Below, one piece after another: positions 27,411-35,575 of a DNA stretch of 64,000 nucleotides. Source of the stretch: an uncultured Microthrixaceae bacterium (GTDB lineage Bacteria > Actinomycetota > Acidimicrobiia > Acidimicrobiales > DATDAH01); assembly GCA_964470715.1 (NCBI GenBank), contig CAYYDZ010000001.1, positions 3,960 through 67,959 of the forward strand. Reading direction: 5' to 3'. Under the pieces are notes generated by a model that searched no databases, was not told the origin of the DNA, and saw only the letters and a program-made list of their open reading frames with translations. Both the position numbers and the translations under genes were made by a program. Numbering within the stretch: position 1 is the first letter of the stretch; each line of letters opens with the position of its first letter.

Positions 27411-29015
27411 CGCCATCGCCACCAGGTCGAGCAGGTCGTCGCTCCAGTAGTCGAGGTCGCCCTCGGGCATCATCAGCACGCGGTCGGGTGCGAGCTCGCC
27501 GACGAAGTCGCGGTCGTGGCTCACGATGATCATCGTGCCCGGCCACGCCGCCAGCGCGTCCGCGGTCGCGGTGCGCGACCCCGGATCGAGGTTGTTGGTG
27601 GGCTCGTCGAGCAGCAGCAGGTTGTGGCGGCCGGCCACCAGCTGGGCGAGGGCGAGCTTGGTCTTCTCGCCGCCGGAAAGCGTGGACGCGTCCTGGAAGG
27701 CCTTGTCGCCGGTGAGGCCGAACATGCCGAGCAGGGCCCGACGGTCCTGCTCGCCCAGCCCGGTCATGCCGTCGAGGTGCTCGAACAGCGACTTGCCCGC
27801 CTCGATGCCCTCGTGCTCCTGCGCGTAGTAGCCGAGCTCCGCGCCGAGGCCCGGCTTCACCTCGCCGGCGTCGGCAGTGGTGACCTCGGCCAGCACCCGC
27901 AACAGGCTGGTCTTGCCCGCGCCGTTGAGGCCCATGACCAGCAGGCGCTCGCCGCGGCCGAGGTCGAACGAGACGTCCTGGAAGACCTGGAGGTCGCCGT
28001 AGGCCTTGGCCAGGCCGGACACGGTGAGCACCGTGCGCCCGGCCTTGGGCGGTTCGGGGAAGCGCAGGTTCAGCTTCTGCTTGCGGGCCGGGCCCTCGAC
28101 CCGCTCGCGCTCCATGCGCTTGACCCGGCTGTCGAGGGTCTGCGCCTTGCGGGCCCGGTTGGCCGTGGAATGGCGCATCGAGTCGGCCAGCGTCGTGAGG
28201 CGGTTGATCTCCGACGCCTGGCGGGCGGCGACCTTGGCGAGGCGCTCCTCGTCCTTCTCCCGCGACACGAGGTACTGCGAGTAGGTGCCCTTGTACTCGA
28301 CCATCGAGCCCACGGCGTCCTCGCCCGAGCGGTCGAGGTGCAGAACGCGGGTGATGGCCTCGTCGAGCAGTTCGAGGTCGTGGCTCACCACCAGCAGAGC
28401 ACCCTTGTAGCCCCGGAGGAACTTCAGCATCCAGTCGCGGGCGTCGTTGTCGAGGTGGTTGGTGGGCTCGTCCAGCAGGAGGACGTCGCTGCCGGCGAAG
28501 AGGATGCGGGCGAGCTCGACCCGCCGGCGCTCGCCACCCGAGAGCACGCCGATGGGCAGGTCGAGGCGCTCATCGGTGAGGCCCAGCCCGGCGGCGATCT
28601 TGCGGGCCTCGGGCTCGGCCTCGTAGCCGCCCTCCATCCGGTAGACGTCCTCCTCGCGGCTGAAGCGGGCCACGTTGCGGTCGGACGGGTCCTCCTCGAT
28701 GGCGAGGCGCAGCTTCTCGAGGCGCACCCGGGCGACGTCGAGGCCCCGACCGGAGAGCACGTGGTCGACCCCCGACACGTTGACGTCGGTGGTGTCGAGG
28801 CGGGGGTCCTGCGAGAGGTAGCCGAGGCCGCCGGTGAGGTGCACCACGCCGGCCTTGGGCTGGGCGGCCCCGCCGAGCACCCGCAGCAGGCTGGTCTTGC
28901 CGGCACCGTTGCGGCCGACGAGGCCCACCTTGTCGCGAGCGCGCACGGTGAACGAGGCACCCTCGACGACGAGGTTGCCTCCCACCTCCACGTTCAGCTC
29001 GCGGACCTGCAGCAC
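27408..29015 (-). CDS. ABC-F family ATPase (tandem ABC domains, no TM; EttA/Uup-like translation factor type)
   Basis: 535 aa. Two Walker A motifs (GRNGAGKTS, GLNGAGKTS), two signature motifs (LSGGERRR, LSGGEKTK) and an interdomain linker. Confidence 0.9.
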   Translation of the reverse strand: MLQVRELNVEVGGNLVVEGASFTVRARDKVGLVGRNGAGKTSLLRVLGGAAQPKAGVVHLTGGLGYLSQDPRLDTTDVNVSGVDHVLSGRGLDVARVRLEKLRLAIEEDPSDRNVARFSREEDVYRMEGGYEAEPEARKIAAGLGLTDERLDLPIGVLSGGERRRVELARILFAGSDVLLLDEPTNHLDNDARDWMLKFLRGYKGALLVVSHDLELLDEAITRVLHLDRSGEDAVGSMVEYKGTYSQYLVSREKDEERLAKVAARQASEINRLTTLADSMRHSTANRARKAQTLDSRVKRMERERVEGPARKQKLNLRFPEPPKAGRTVLTVSGLAKAYGDLQVFQDVSFDLGRGERLLVMGLNGAGKTSLLRVLAEVTTADAGEVKPGLGAELGYYAQEHEGIEAGKSLFEHLDGMTGLGEQDRRALLGMFGLTGDKAFQDASTLSGGEKTKLALAQLVAGRHNLLLLDEPTNNLDPGSRTATADALAAWPGTMIIVSHDRDFVGELAPDRVLMMPEGDLDYWSDDLLDLVAMA

Positions 29016-29130
29016 CGGACCATTGTGGGGCGTGGGCGGGCGGATGACGCGGGAAATCGGGGTAGAGAGAAATACCTGGTGGCTCCCGTCGGTTGGCCGC
29101 CACGACCCCTCTCACCCTGGAGTGCCCGCC

Positions 29131-29517
29131 ATGCCCGTCGATCCCGCCGTCAAGACCCTCGCCACCGGACGCAACTTCGGCGCCCTCGCCTACCACCGCG
29201 CCGATGGCAGCATCGCCAACCACGTGATGTGGGTCGACGCCGACGACGAGCACCTCCTCATCAACACCGAGGTGCACCGCGGCAAGTTCAAGGCCATGAC
29301 CAAGAACCCCGACGTCACCGTCACCATTTGGGACTCGGAGAACCCCTACCACTACGCCGAAGTGCGCGGCGCGGTCGTCGGCACCGACGACAGCCAGGCC
29401 GCCCGAGACCACATCGACGCCCTGTCCCAGCGCTACAACGGCGGCCCGTACGGCAACCCGATCCAGAGCCGCCGGGTCATCGTGAAGATCGAGCCCGTGC
29501 GCCAGCGGGTCCAGTGA
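29131..29517 (+). CDS. PPOX-class probable F420-dependent enzyme
   Basis: Lies within track ORF 28834..29517. Start at ATG 29131 (MPVDPAVKTLATGRNFGALAYHRADGSIANHVMWVD...). 128 aa. Confidence 0.8.
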   Translation: MPVDPAVKTLATGRNFGALAYHRADGSIANHVMWVDADDEHLLINTEVHRGKFKAMTKNPDVTVTIWDSENPYHYAEVRGAVVGTDDSQAARDHIDALSQRYNGGPYGNPIQSRRVIVKIEPVRQRVQ

Positions 29518-29550
29518 CCCGCCGGCGCCGGCTCGTCCGGTCGGTGCCGC

Positions 29551-31095
29551 TCAGTTGACCTGGCGGTCGCGGCCCTCCCAGTAGGGGGCGCGGAGCTTGA
29601 ACTTCTGGAGCTTGCCGGTGGCGGTGCGGGCGAGCTCGTCCCGGAACTCGATCGAGGTGGGGCACTTGTAGTGCGCCAGCCGCTCGCGGCAGTGGTCGAT
29701 GAGGTCCCGCTCCGTGATGGCGTCGGCGCCGTCGCCGGAGAGCACCACGAGGGCCTTCACCGTCTCGCCCCACTTCTCGTCGGGGATGCCGATGACCGCC
29801 ACCTCGGCCACGTTCGGGTGGCTGAACAGGGCGTCCTCCACCTCGATGGACGACACGTTCTCGCCGCCCGAGATGATCACGTCCTTCTTGCGGTCCGAGA
29901 TGGTGAGGTAGCTGTCCTCGATGACCCCGCCGTCGCCGGTGTGGAACCACCCGTCGACGATGGCGTCGGCGGTGGCCTCGGGCTGCTCCCAGTAGCCCTC
30001 GAGCACCATGTTCCCGCGGGCGAGGACCTCCCCCTGACCGTCGATCTGGAGCTGGACGCCGACGACCGGCGCGCCGGCGCGGCTGAGCAGCTGCGCCCGC
30101 TCGTGGGGGTCCAGGTGGTCCCACTCGGCGCGGCCGCGGTTCATGGTGAGCACCGGGGCGGTCTCGGTGAGGCCGTAGATCTGGATGAACTCCCAGTTCA
30201 GCTCGGTCTCGATGCGCTCGATGGTGCGGGTGGGAGGCGGCGCGCCGGCCACGACGATGCGGGTGGTGCCGGCGCCGGGGACGGGCCCGTCCCAGTCGCC
30301 GGCGGCCTCCAGCACGGCGGCCACGACCGCCGGGGCGGCGCACAGCAGCGTGACGCCCTGGGCCTCGATCCGGCGCAGGATCTCGGCGCCGTCGACCTTG
30401 CGCAGCACGACCTGGCGCACGCCCATGCCCGACACCGCGTAGGGCATGCCCCAGCCGTTGCAGTGGAACATCGGCAGGGTGTGCAGGTACACGTCGCGGT
30501 CGTTCACGCCGGCGTGCCAGCCGAAGCCCATGGCGTTGATCCAGAGGTTGCGGTGGGTCATCTGCACGCCCTTGGGGCGGGCGGTGGTGCCGCTCGTGTA
30601 GTTGATGGTCGCGGTGGCGTCCTCGTCGGGCTCCCACGGCTCGGGCTCGACATCGAGGTCCATGCCGAACAGCTCGGTGTCGGTCTCCGCACCGATGACC
30701 ATTCGGCGGGGGGCGGTGACCGAGGACAACGCTTCGTCGAGCTCGGGGTCGACCAGCAGCAGGGACGCCCCGCAGTGCTCGACGATGTAGGAGATCTCCG
30801 CCGGGCTGAGGCGGAAGTTGATGGGGACGAACACCCGGCCCCAGGCGCTGACGCCGAAGAACGACACCAGCATGCGGGCGGCGTTCTGCGACACCATGGC
30901 CACCCGCTCGCCCCGGCCGATGCCCATGGCGTCGAGCGCGGCGGCCTGGCCCCGGGCCAGCTCGGCGATGCGGGCGTAGGTCAGCTCGCCCAGCGACGCC
31001 GCCGGCTGGTCGGGCTCGTCGACCACGCCGATGCGCTCGCCGTAGACGGCGGCGGCGCGGTCGAGGTAGTCGCGGACGGTGAGGGCGACCTTCAT
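29551..31095 (-). CDS. AMP-dependent acyl-CoA synthetase/ligase (FadD-like)
   Basis: 514 aa. Contains INYTSGTTARPKGV (AMP-binding motif), YGLTE, TGD and GKLQKF. Confidence 0.9.
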   Translation of the reverse strand: MKVALTVRDYLDRAAAVYGERIGVVDEPDQPAASLGELTYARIAELARGQAAALDAMGIGRGERVAMVSQNAARMLVSFFGVSAWGRVFVPINFRLSPAEISYIVEHCGASLLLVDPELDEALSSVTAPRRMVIGAETDTELFGMDLDVEPEPWEPDEDATATINYTSGTTARPKGVQMTHRNLWINAMGFGWHAGVNDRDVYLHTLPMFHCNGWGMPYAVSGMGVRQVVLRKVDGAEILRRIEAQGVTLLCAAPAVVAAVLEAAGDWDGPVPGAGTTRIVVAGAPPPTRTIERIETELNWEFIQIYGLTETAPVLTMNRGRAEWDHLDPHERAQLLSRAGAPVVGVQLQIDGQGEVLARGNMVLEGYWEQPEATADAIVDGWFHTGDGGVIEDSYLTISDRKKDVIISGGENVSSIEVEDALFSHPNVAEVAVIGIPDEKWGETVKALVVLSGDGADAITERDLIDHCRERLAHYKCPTSIEFRDELARTATGKLQKFKLRAPYWEGRDRQVN

Positions 31096-31171
31096 GGCTG
31101 GTCCTCCTGGGTTGCCGGGTGGAGCGAGTGTGTCGTCGGGCGGTCCGGGTGCGCAGAGCGGGCGCGGGGCG

Positions 31172-31954
31172 TCATCGGGCGGTGAACCCGCCGTCGACGG
31201 CCAGCACCTGGCCGGTCACGTAGGTGGAGGCGGCGCCGGCGAGGAAGAGCAGGGCGCCGTCGAGCTCGTGGGCGGCGCCGGGGCGGCGCATGGGCGTGTT
31301 GCGCTCGACCCAGCGCCGGCCGCCGTCGTCTTCGAACATGGCCTCGGTCAGCTCGGAGGCGAAGTACCCGGGGGCGATGGCGTTGACCCGCACGCCCTTG
31401 GTGGCCCACTGGCAGGCGAGCTCGCGCGTGAGCCCGATGATCCCGGCCTTGGAGGCCACGTAAGCGGCCTGGTGGTTGGGTGCCGCCGCGACCAGACCAT
31501 GCACCGAGGAGATGTTGACGATGCTGCCGCCGCCGCGCTCGACCATCAGCGCCGCCACCTGCTGGGTGAGGACGAACACCGCGGTGAGGTTCACGTCGAC
31601 CACCCGACGGAACAGGGCGGGGTCCTCGTCCAGTGCGGGCAGGGGCCCGTCGCTGATGCCGGCGTTGTTGACGAGCACGTCGACGCCACCGTCTCCCGCC
31701 GCGACTGCGGCGGCGACCAGCCGCGACAGGTCGGCGTCGTCGGCCACGTCGCAGGTCACGGGCACGAAGCGCTCGAGCTCGCCGGCGAGGGCCTCGAGCC
31801 GCTCGGCCCGGCGGGCCCCGCCGACCACGGTGGCGCCCGCCGCGTGCAGCACACGGGCGAACCGCTCGCCGAGGCCGCCGGAGGCGCCGGTGACGACGGC
31901 CACCTTCCCGTCGAGCCGGAAGGGTCCGTCGATCTCGACGTCGGTGGCATCCAC
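31172..31954 (-). CDS. SDR family oxidoreductase (FabG-like)
   Basis: 260 aa. Contains TGASGGLG, NNAG and the YxxxK motif (YVASK). Confidence 0.9.
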   Translation of the reverse strand: MDATDVEIDGPFRLDGKVAVVTGASGGLGERFARVLHAAGATVVGGARRAERLEALAGELERFVPVTCDVADDADLSRLVAAAVAAGDGGVDVLVNNAGISDGPLPALDEDPALFRRVVDVNLTAVFVLTQQVAALMVERGGGSIVNISSVHGLVAAAPNHQAAYVASKAGIIGLTRELACQWATKGVRVNAIAPGYFASELTEAMFEDDGGRRWVERNTPMRRPGAAHELDGALLFLAGAASTYVTGQVLAVDGGFTAR

Positions 31955-31971
31955 GGTGGCGAAGAGTAGTA

Positions 31972-32880
31972 ATGGTCGCCATGAAGGTGCGCGTGGGGTA
32001 CGGCCTGGGGGCTCGGAGCACGACCAACGACCAGGAGGGGTTCACCACCCTGGTCGACGATCTCGAGCGGCTCGGCTTCGATTCGCTGTGGGTGAGCGAG
32101 CGGGTGAGCGGCGAGGCGCCCGACCCGATCGTGGCCATGTCGTTCGCCGCCGCCCGCACCCGACGGCTGAAGTTCGGGATGAGCGTGATGGTGCTCCCCG
32201 GCCGTAACCCCGTCCTGACGGCCAAGGCGCTGGCCAGCCTCGACCGCCTGTCGAACGGCCGCCTCCTCCCCGCCTTCGGCCTCGGCGTGGCCGACCCCCG
32301 GGAGCAGCAGGCCTTCGGCGTCGAGCGATCCGAGCGGGCCGCGCTGTTCGACGAGGCCCTCCCCCTGATGCGCCGCCTGTGGGAGGAGGACGACGTCCAC
32401 CACGACGGCGCCCGCTGGCAGCTCGACGGCGTGACCGTGCGGCCGAAGCCCATCGAGCAGCCGCTCGACGTGTGGCTCGGCGGCCAGGCCCCGTCGGAGC
32501 TGCGCCGGGTCGGCCGGCTCGGCGACGGCTGGCTGCCCTCGTTCTGCGACGCCGACGACGTGCGCAAGGGTCGGGCCGCGGTCGAGGAGGCCGCCGACGC
32601 CGCCGGCCGCCGGATCGACCCCGAGCACTTCGGCGCCCTCGTGGCCTACGCCCACGGCGAGGTGCCGGAGGCCCTGGGCGAGTTCATCCTGCGCCGGCGG
32701 CCCGACCTCGACGACCCCCGCAAGATCGTGCCGGCCAGCCTGCCCGAACTGCGGGCCCGCCTCGAGGAGATGATCGAGGCCGGCGCCTCCAAGTTCGTGG
32801 TGCTGCCCCTGGCCGAGCCCGCTGACTGGACGGCCGAGCTCGAGGCCGTCGCCGCCGAACTGCTCCCCCTGCACAACTGA
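31972..32880 (+). CDS. LLM-class F420-dependent oxidoreductase (luciferase-like)
   Basis: 302 aa, with the likely true start at ATG 31981 (MKVRVGYGLG). Contains LGFDSLWVSERV and LDRLSNGRLLPAFGLG. Confidence 0.85.
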   Translation: MVAMKVRVGYGLGARSTTNDQEGFTTLVDDLERLGFDSLWVSERVSGEAPDPIVAMSFAAARTRRLKFGMSVMVLPGRNPVLTAKALASLDRLSNGRLLPAFGLGVADPREQQAFGVERSERAALFDEALPLMRRLWEEDDVHHDGARWQLDGVTVRPKPIEQPLDVWLGGQAPSELRRVGRLGDGWLPSFCDADDVRKGRAAVEEAADAAGRRIDPEHFGALVAYAHGEVPEALGEFILRRRPDLDDPRKIVPASLPELRARLEEMIEAGASKFVVLPLAEPADWTAELEAVAAELLPLHN

Positions 32881-32957
32881 GCCCGCCGGGCCGGCGCCTT
32901 CCGGGGCCCTTCGGGCACGCCGGTACAGTTGCGGCGCCACCGATGAGGGGGGATCTC

Positions 32958-34070
32958 ATGACGGCGCAGGTCGAATTCACCGAGCACGAGCTGCTCGAGA
33001 GCCACCCGTACGAGGCGCCGCTGATCGCCGGCGGCGTCACCTGCCACGGCGGGTTCGACGCCGACGGCGCCTACGTGTCGCCCCGCACCCTCACGCGCAC
33101 GCCGGCCATCGAGGCCTGGCAGGCCCAGCACCAGGAGCAGTTCGCCACCCCCCTGTTCCACCTGCCGCTGGACACCTGGCCGGCGCGCTACCCCAACGTC
33201 GCCCAGTCCAAGCACCTCATCGCCAGCGGCGTGCCCGAGCCGATCATCGCCGACCTCACCCGCATCGGCACCGTCGAGGGCTTCGGCGGGATGATCCGGC
33301 TGTCGGTCGTGCCGGACCTGCAACAGCGCTTCGACGAGGACGTCAAGGGCACCGCCATGGCCCACCTCGACCGCGGCCTGTACGAGGCCCACGCCCGCGA
33401 CGAGGCGGGGCACGCCGACGAGGGCGGCCACAAGCAGATGTGGTTCGTCGCCCGCGACCTCGCCTTCGAGCACCCGCTCACCCAGGACGAGACCGCCTTC
33501 ATGCTCGAACGCATGGGCATCACCCCGCCGGGCGGTCGCGGCAAGGCCGACCTCGCCGCGATGCGGGCCCAGGCCGAGGCCCGCCGGCTCTGGCCCCACG
33601 ACGTCGACTTCGACCTCGAGCTGCTGGTCGAGCGCATGGTCCGGCTCCTGCTGATCGAGATCTCCGCCTTCCACACCTTCGCCTGGGCCGAGGAGATCCT
33701 CGACGACCAGGACCTCGTCGCCGGCGACGGTGAGGCCGCCCGCATCGTGTCCTACATCCGCCAGGACGAGACCCCGCACGTCGACTACCTGCGCACCGTG
33801 CTCTCGGAGATGCGGGACCGCACGGTGGTGGGCGCCGACGGAAAGCGCCACGCCGGCGCCGACCTCATCGGCCGCACCTGGGATCGCGCCGTGGCCCAGT
33901 CGGTCGGCCCCGGCCGCATCGAGACCCTGGAGATCGTCCGACGCGAGATCGAGCACGCCATGGCCGGCCGCCCGGACCGGGACGACCTGCTGGCCCGCTT
34001 CGACGGGCTGGGCGACGTGGTCCCCACCGAGGACGGGCGCTGGGTCGACGCCGAGGGGCGGGAGGCATGA
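32958..34070 (+). CDS. Uncharacterised protein with two E...ExxH motifs (putative di-iron carboxylate/ferritin-like superfamily oxygenase)
   Basis: Track ORF 32943..34070. ATG 32958 has GGGGGG 6 nt upstream. In ORF numbering the motifs are E112...E154-A-G-H157 and E239...E276-T-P-H279. No family was recognised by eye. Its stop overlaps the next start (ATGA). Confidence 0.7.
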   Translation: MTAQVEFTEHELLESHPYEAPLIAGGVTCHGGFDADGAYVSPRTLTRTPAIEAWQAQHQEQFATPLFHLPLDTWPARYPNVAQSKHLIASGVPEPIIADLTRIGTVEGFGGMIRLSVVPDLQQRFDEDVKGTAMAHLDRGLYEAHARDEAGHADEGGHKQMWFVARDLAFEHPLTQDETAFMLERMGITPPGGRGKADLAAMRAQAEARRLWPHDVDFDLELLVERMVRLLLIEISAFHTFAWAEEILDDQDLVAGDGEAARIVSYIRQDETPHVDYLRTVLSEMRDRTVVGADGKRHAGADLIGRTWDRAVAQSVGPGRIETLEIVRREIEHAMAGRPDRDDLLARFDGLGDVVPTEDGRWVDAEGREA

Positions 34071-35422
34071 AATTCGGACTGTTCTACGAGCACCAGCTCC
34101 CCCGACCCTGGGACGCCGACAGCGAGCACCGATTGGTCCAGGAGGCGCTCGACCAGATCGAGTACGCCGACCGGCTGGGCATCGAGTACGTCTGGGAGGT
34201 CGAGCACCACTTCCTCGAGGAGTACTCGCACTCGAGCGCGCCCGAGGTCTTCCTCGCCGCCGCCAGCCAGCGCACGAAGCAGATGCGCCTCGGCCACGGC
34301 ATCATCCAGACCGCACCCGGCTACAACCACCCCGTCCGCACCGCCGAGCGGGTGGCCATGCTCGACCTCGTCTCGGGCGGCCGGGCTGAGTTCGGATCGG
34401 GCGAGTCCTCCTCCGAGGCCGAGCTCGGGGGCTTCGGCATCGACCCGGCGGTCAAGCGGGACCAGTGGCTGGAGGGCCTCCAGGTGGCCATCCGGGCCAT
34501 GACCGAGGACCCCTTCACCGGCCACGAGGGCACCTTCGCCAGCATCCCGCCCCGCAACGTCGTGCCCAAGCCGATGCAGAAGCCCCACCCGCCGCTGTGG
34601 GTGGCCTGCTCCCGGCGCGACACCATCCTCCTCGCCGCCGAGAAGGGCATCGGGGCGCTGGCCTTCGCGTTCATCGACCCCGAGGAGGCCCGCCACTGGG
34701 TCGACGACTACACCGCGGTCATGGCCGAGAAGTGCGTGCCCGTGGGCAAGGCCGTCAACCACAACATCGCCTGCGTCACCCCGATGATGTGCGCCCCCAC
34801 CGAGGACGAGGCCATCGCCATGGGCCTCGAGGGCGGCAACTTCTTCGGCTACTCGCTCGCCCACTACTACGTGTTCGGGGACCACGTCCCCGGCCACACC
34901 GACGTCTGGCAGGAGTTCATCGCCAAGCGCGACCAGATGGGCTACTCCCCCGAGGCCGCCATCGCTGCCAAGAAGGAGGTGCTCGGCGCCCAGGTGGCGT
35001 CCGGTGACACCAGCGGCCTGCGGGGCGCGGTGGGCACCCCGCACCAGATCCGGGAGTACCTGCGCCGCTACGAGGAGGCCGGCGTCGACCAGGTGATCTT
35101 CGTGATGCAGGCGGGCCGCAACCGCCACGAGGACATCATGTCCAGCCTCGAGCTCTTCGCCGCCGAGGTGCTGCCCGAGTTCAAGGAGCGGGACCCCGCC
35201 GCGTCGGCGGCCAAGGCCGCGCGCATCGCCCCCATCGTCGAGGCGGCGCTGGCCCGGCGGGTGGACGACACCCCGCCACTGCCCGAGGGCTACGTGATGC
35301 GGGCCATCCCCAAGGCCATGGTCGAGGCCGTGGACTCGGACGAGGGCCGCCAGTTCCTCGACCAGATGGCTGAGAAGAGCGCGGTCGGCGACGAGGACGG
35401 CCTGTCCAACCTGCTGGGCTGA
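34067..35422 (+). CDS. LLM-class flavin-dependent monooxygenase (luciferase-like), long form
   Basis: 451 aa. Contains MKFGLFYEHQLPRPW...IEYVWEVEHHFLEEYSHSSAPEVFL...LDLVSGGRAEFG. Confidence 0.9.
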   Translation: MKFGLFYEHQLPRPWDADSEHRLVQEALDQIEYADRLGIEYVWEVEHHFLEEYSHSSAPEVFLAAASQRTKQMRLGHGIIQTAPGYNHPVRTAERVAMLDLVSGGRAEFGSGESSSEAELGGFGIDPAVKRDQWLEGLQVAIRAMTEDPFTGHEGTFASIPPRNVVPKPMQKPHPPLWVACSRRDTILLAAEKGIGALAFAFIDPEEARHWVDDYTAVMAEKCVPVGKAVNHNIACVTPMMCAPTEDEAIAMGLEGGNFFGYSLAHYYVFGDHVPGHTDVWQEFIAKRDQMGYSPEAAIAAKKEVLGAQVASGDTSGLRGAVGTPHQIREYLRRYEEAGVDQVIFVMQAGRNRHEDIMSSLELFAAEVLPEFKERDPAASAAKAARIAPIVEAALARRVDDTPPLPEGYVMRAIPKAMVEAVDSDEGRQFLDQMAEKSAVGDEDGLSNLLG

Positions 35423-35443
35423 CCGCCGCCCTGATCCGCTGAA

Positions 35444-35486
35444 CTCGACGCTATGCCTGTCGGATTCCGACAGCTACTGCGTCGAG
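35444..35486 (+). terminator. R3 hairpin element, copy 1, 22 nt after the LLM stop
   Basis: CTCGACGC-tatgc-CTGTCGG-att-CCGACAG-ctact-GCGTCGAG. The outer stem is 8 bp and the inner stem is 7 bp. Confidence 0.45.
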
Positions 35487-35516
35487 AACGAATGGACTGG
35501 GCGCGAGGGGTCGGCG

Positions 35517-35575
35517 TGGGAAGCCGCACGGCGAGGAGCCATGCGCGCCGGCCCGACTGCCCGCGGCGTCAGCCG
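35517..35575 (-). repeat. Weak R1-like copy abutting the metallopeptidase-like gene stop
   Basis: GGGAAGCCGCACGGCGAGGAGCC...GGCGTCAGCC. It shares the GGGAAGCC, GAGGAGCC and GTCAG(G/C)C blocks. TCA 35569-35571 is the complement of the stop. Confidence 0.3.

Noticed and set aside
26238-29558. Very long track ORFs, for example 26238..29558 (+, 1106 aa), 36401..38980 (-, 859 aa), 5159..7279 (+, 706 aa), 8660..10237 (-, 525 aa), 59007..60554 (+, 515 aa), 17499..18995 (-, 498 aa) and 31092..32567 (-, 491 aa).
   Set aside because: They run antisense to, or out of frame with, genes that have clear conserved motifs (ABC-F, WS/DGAT, ABC exporter, ACAD, enolase and others). Their translations are Arg/Gly/Pro/Ala-rich low-complexity strings, typical of stop-codon-poor alternative frames in high-GC DNA.
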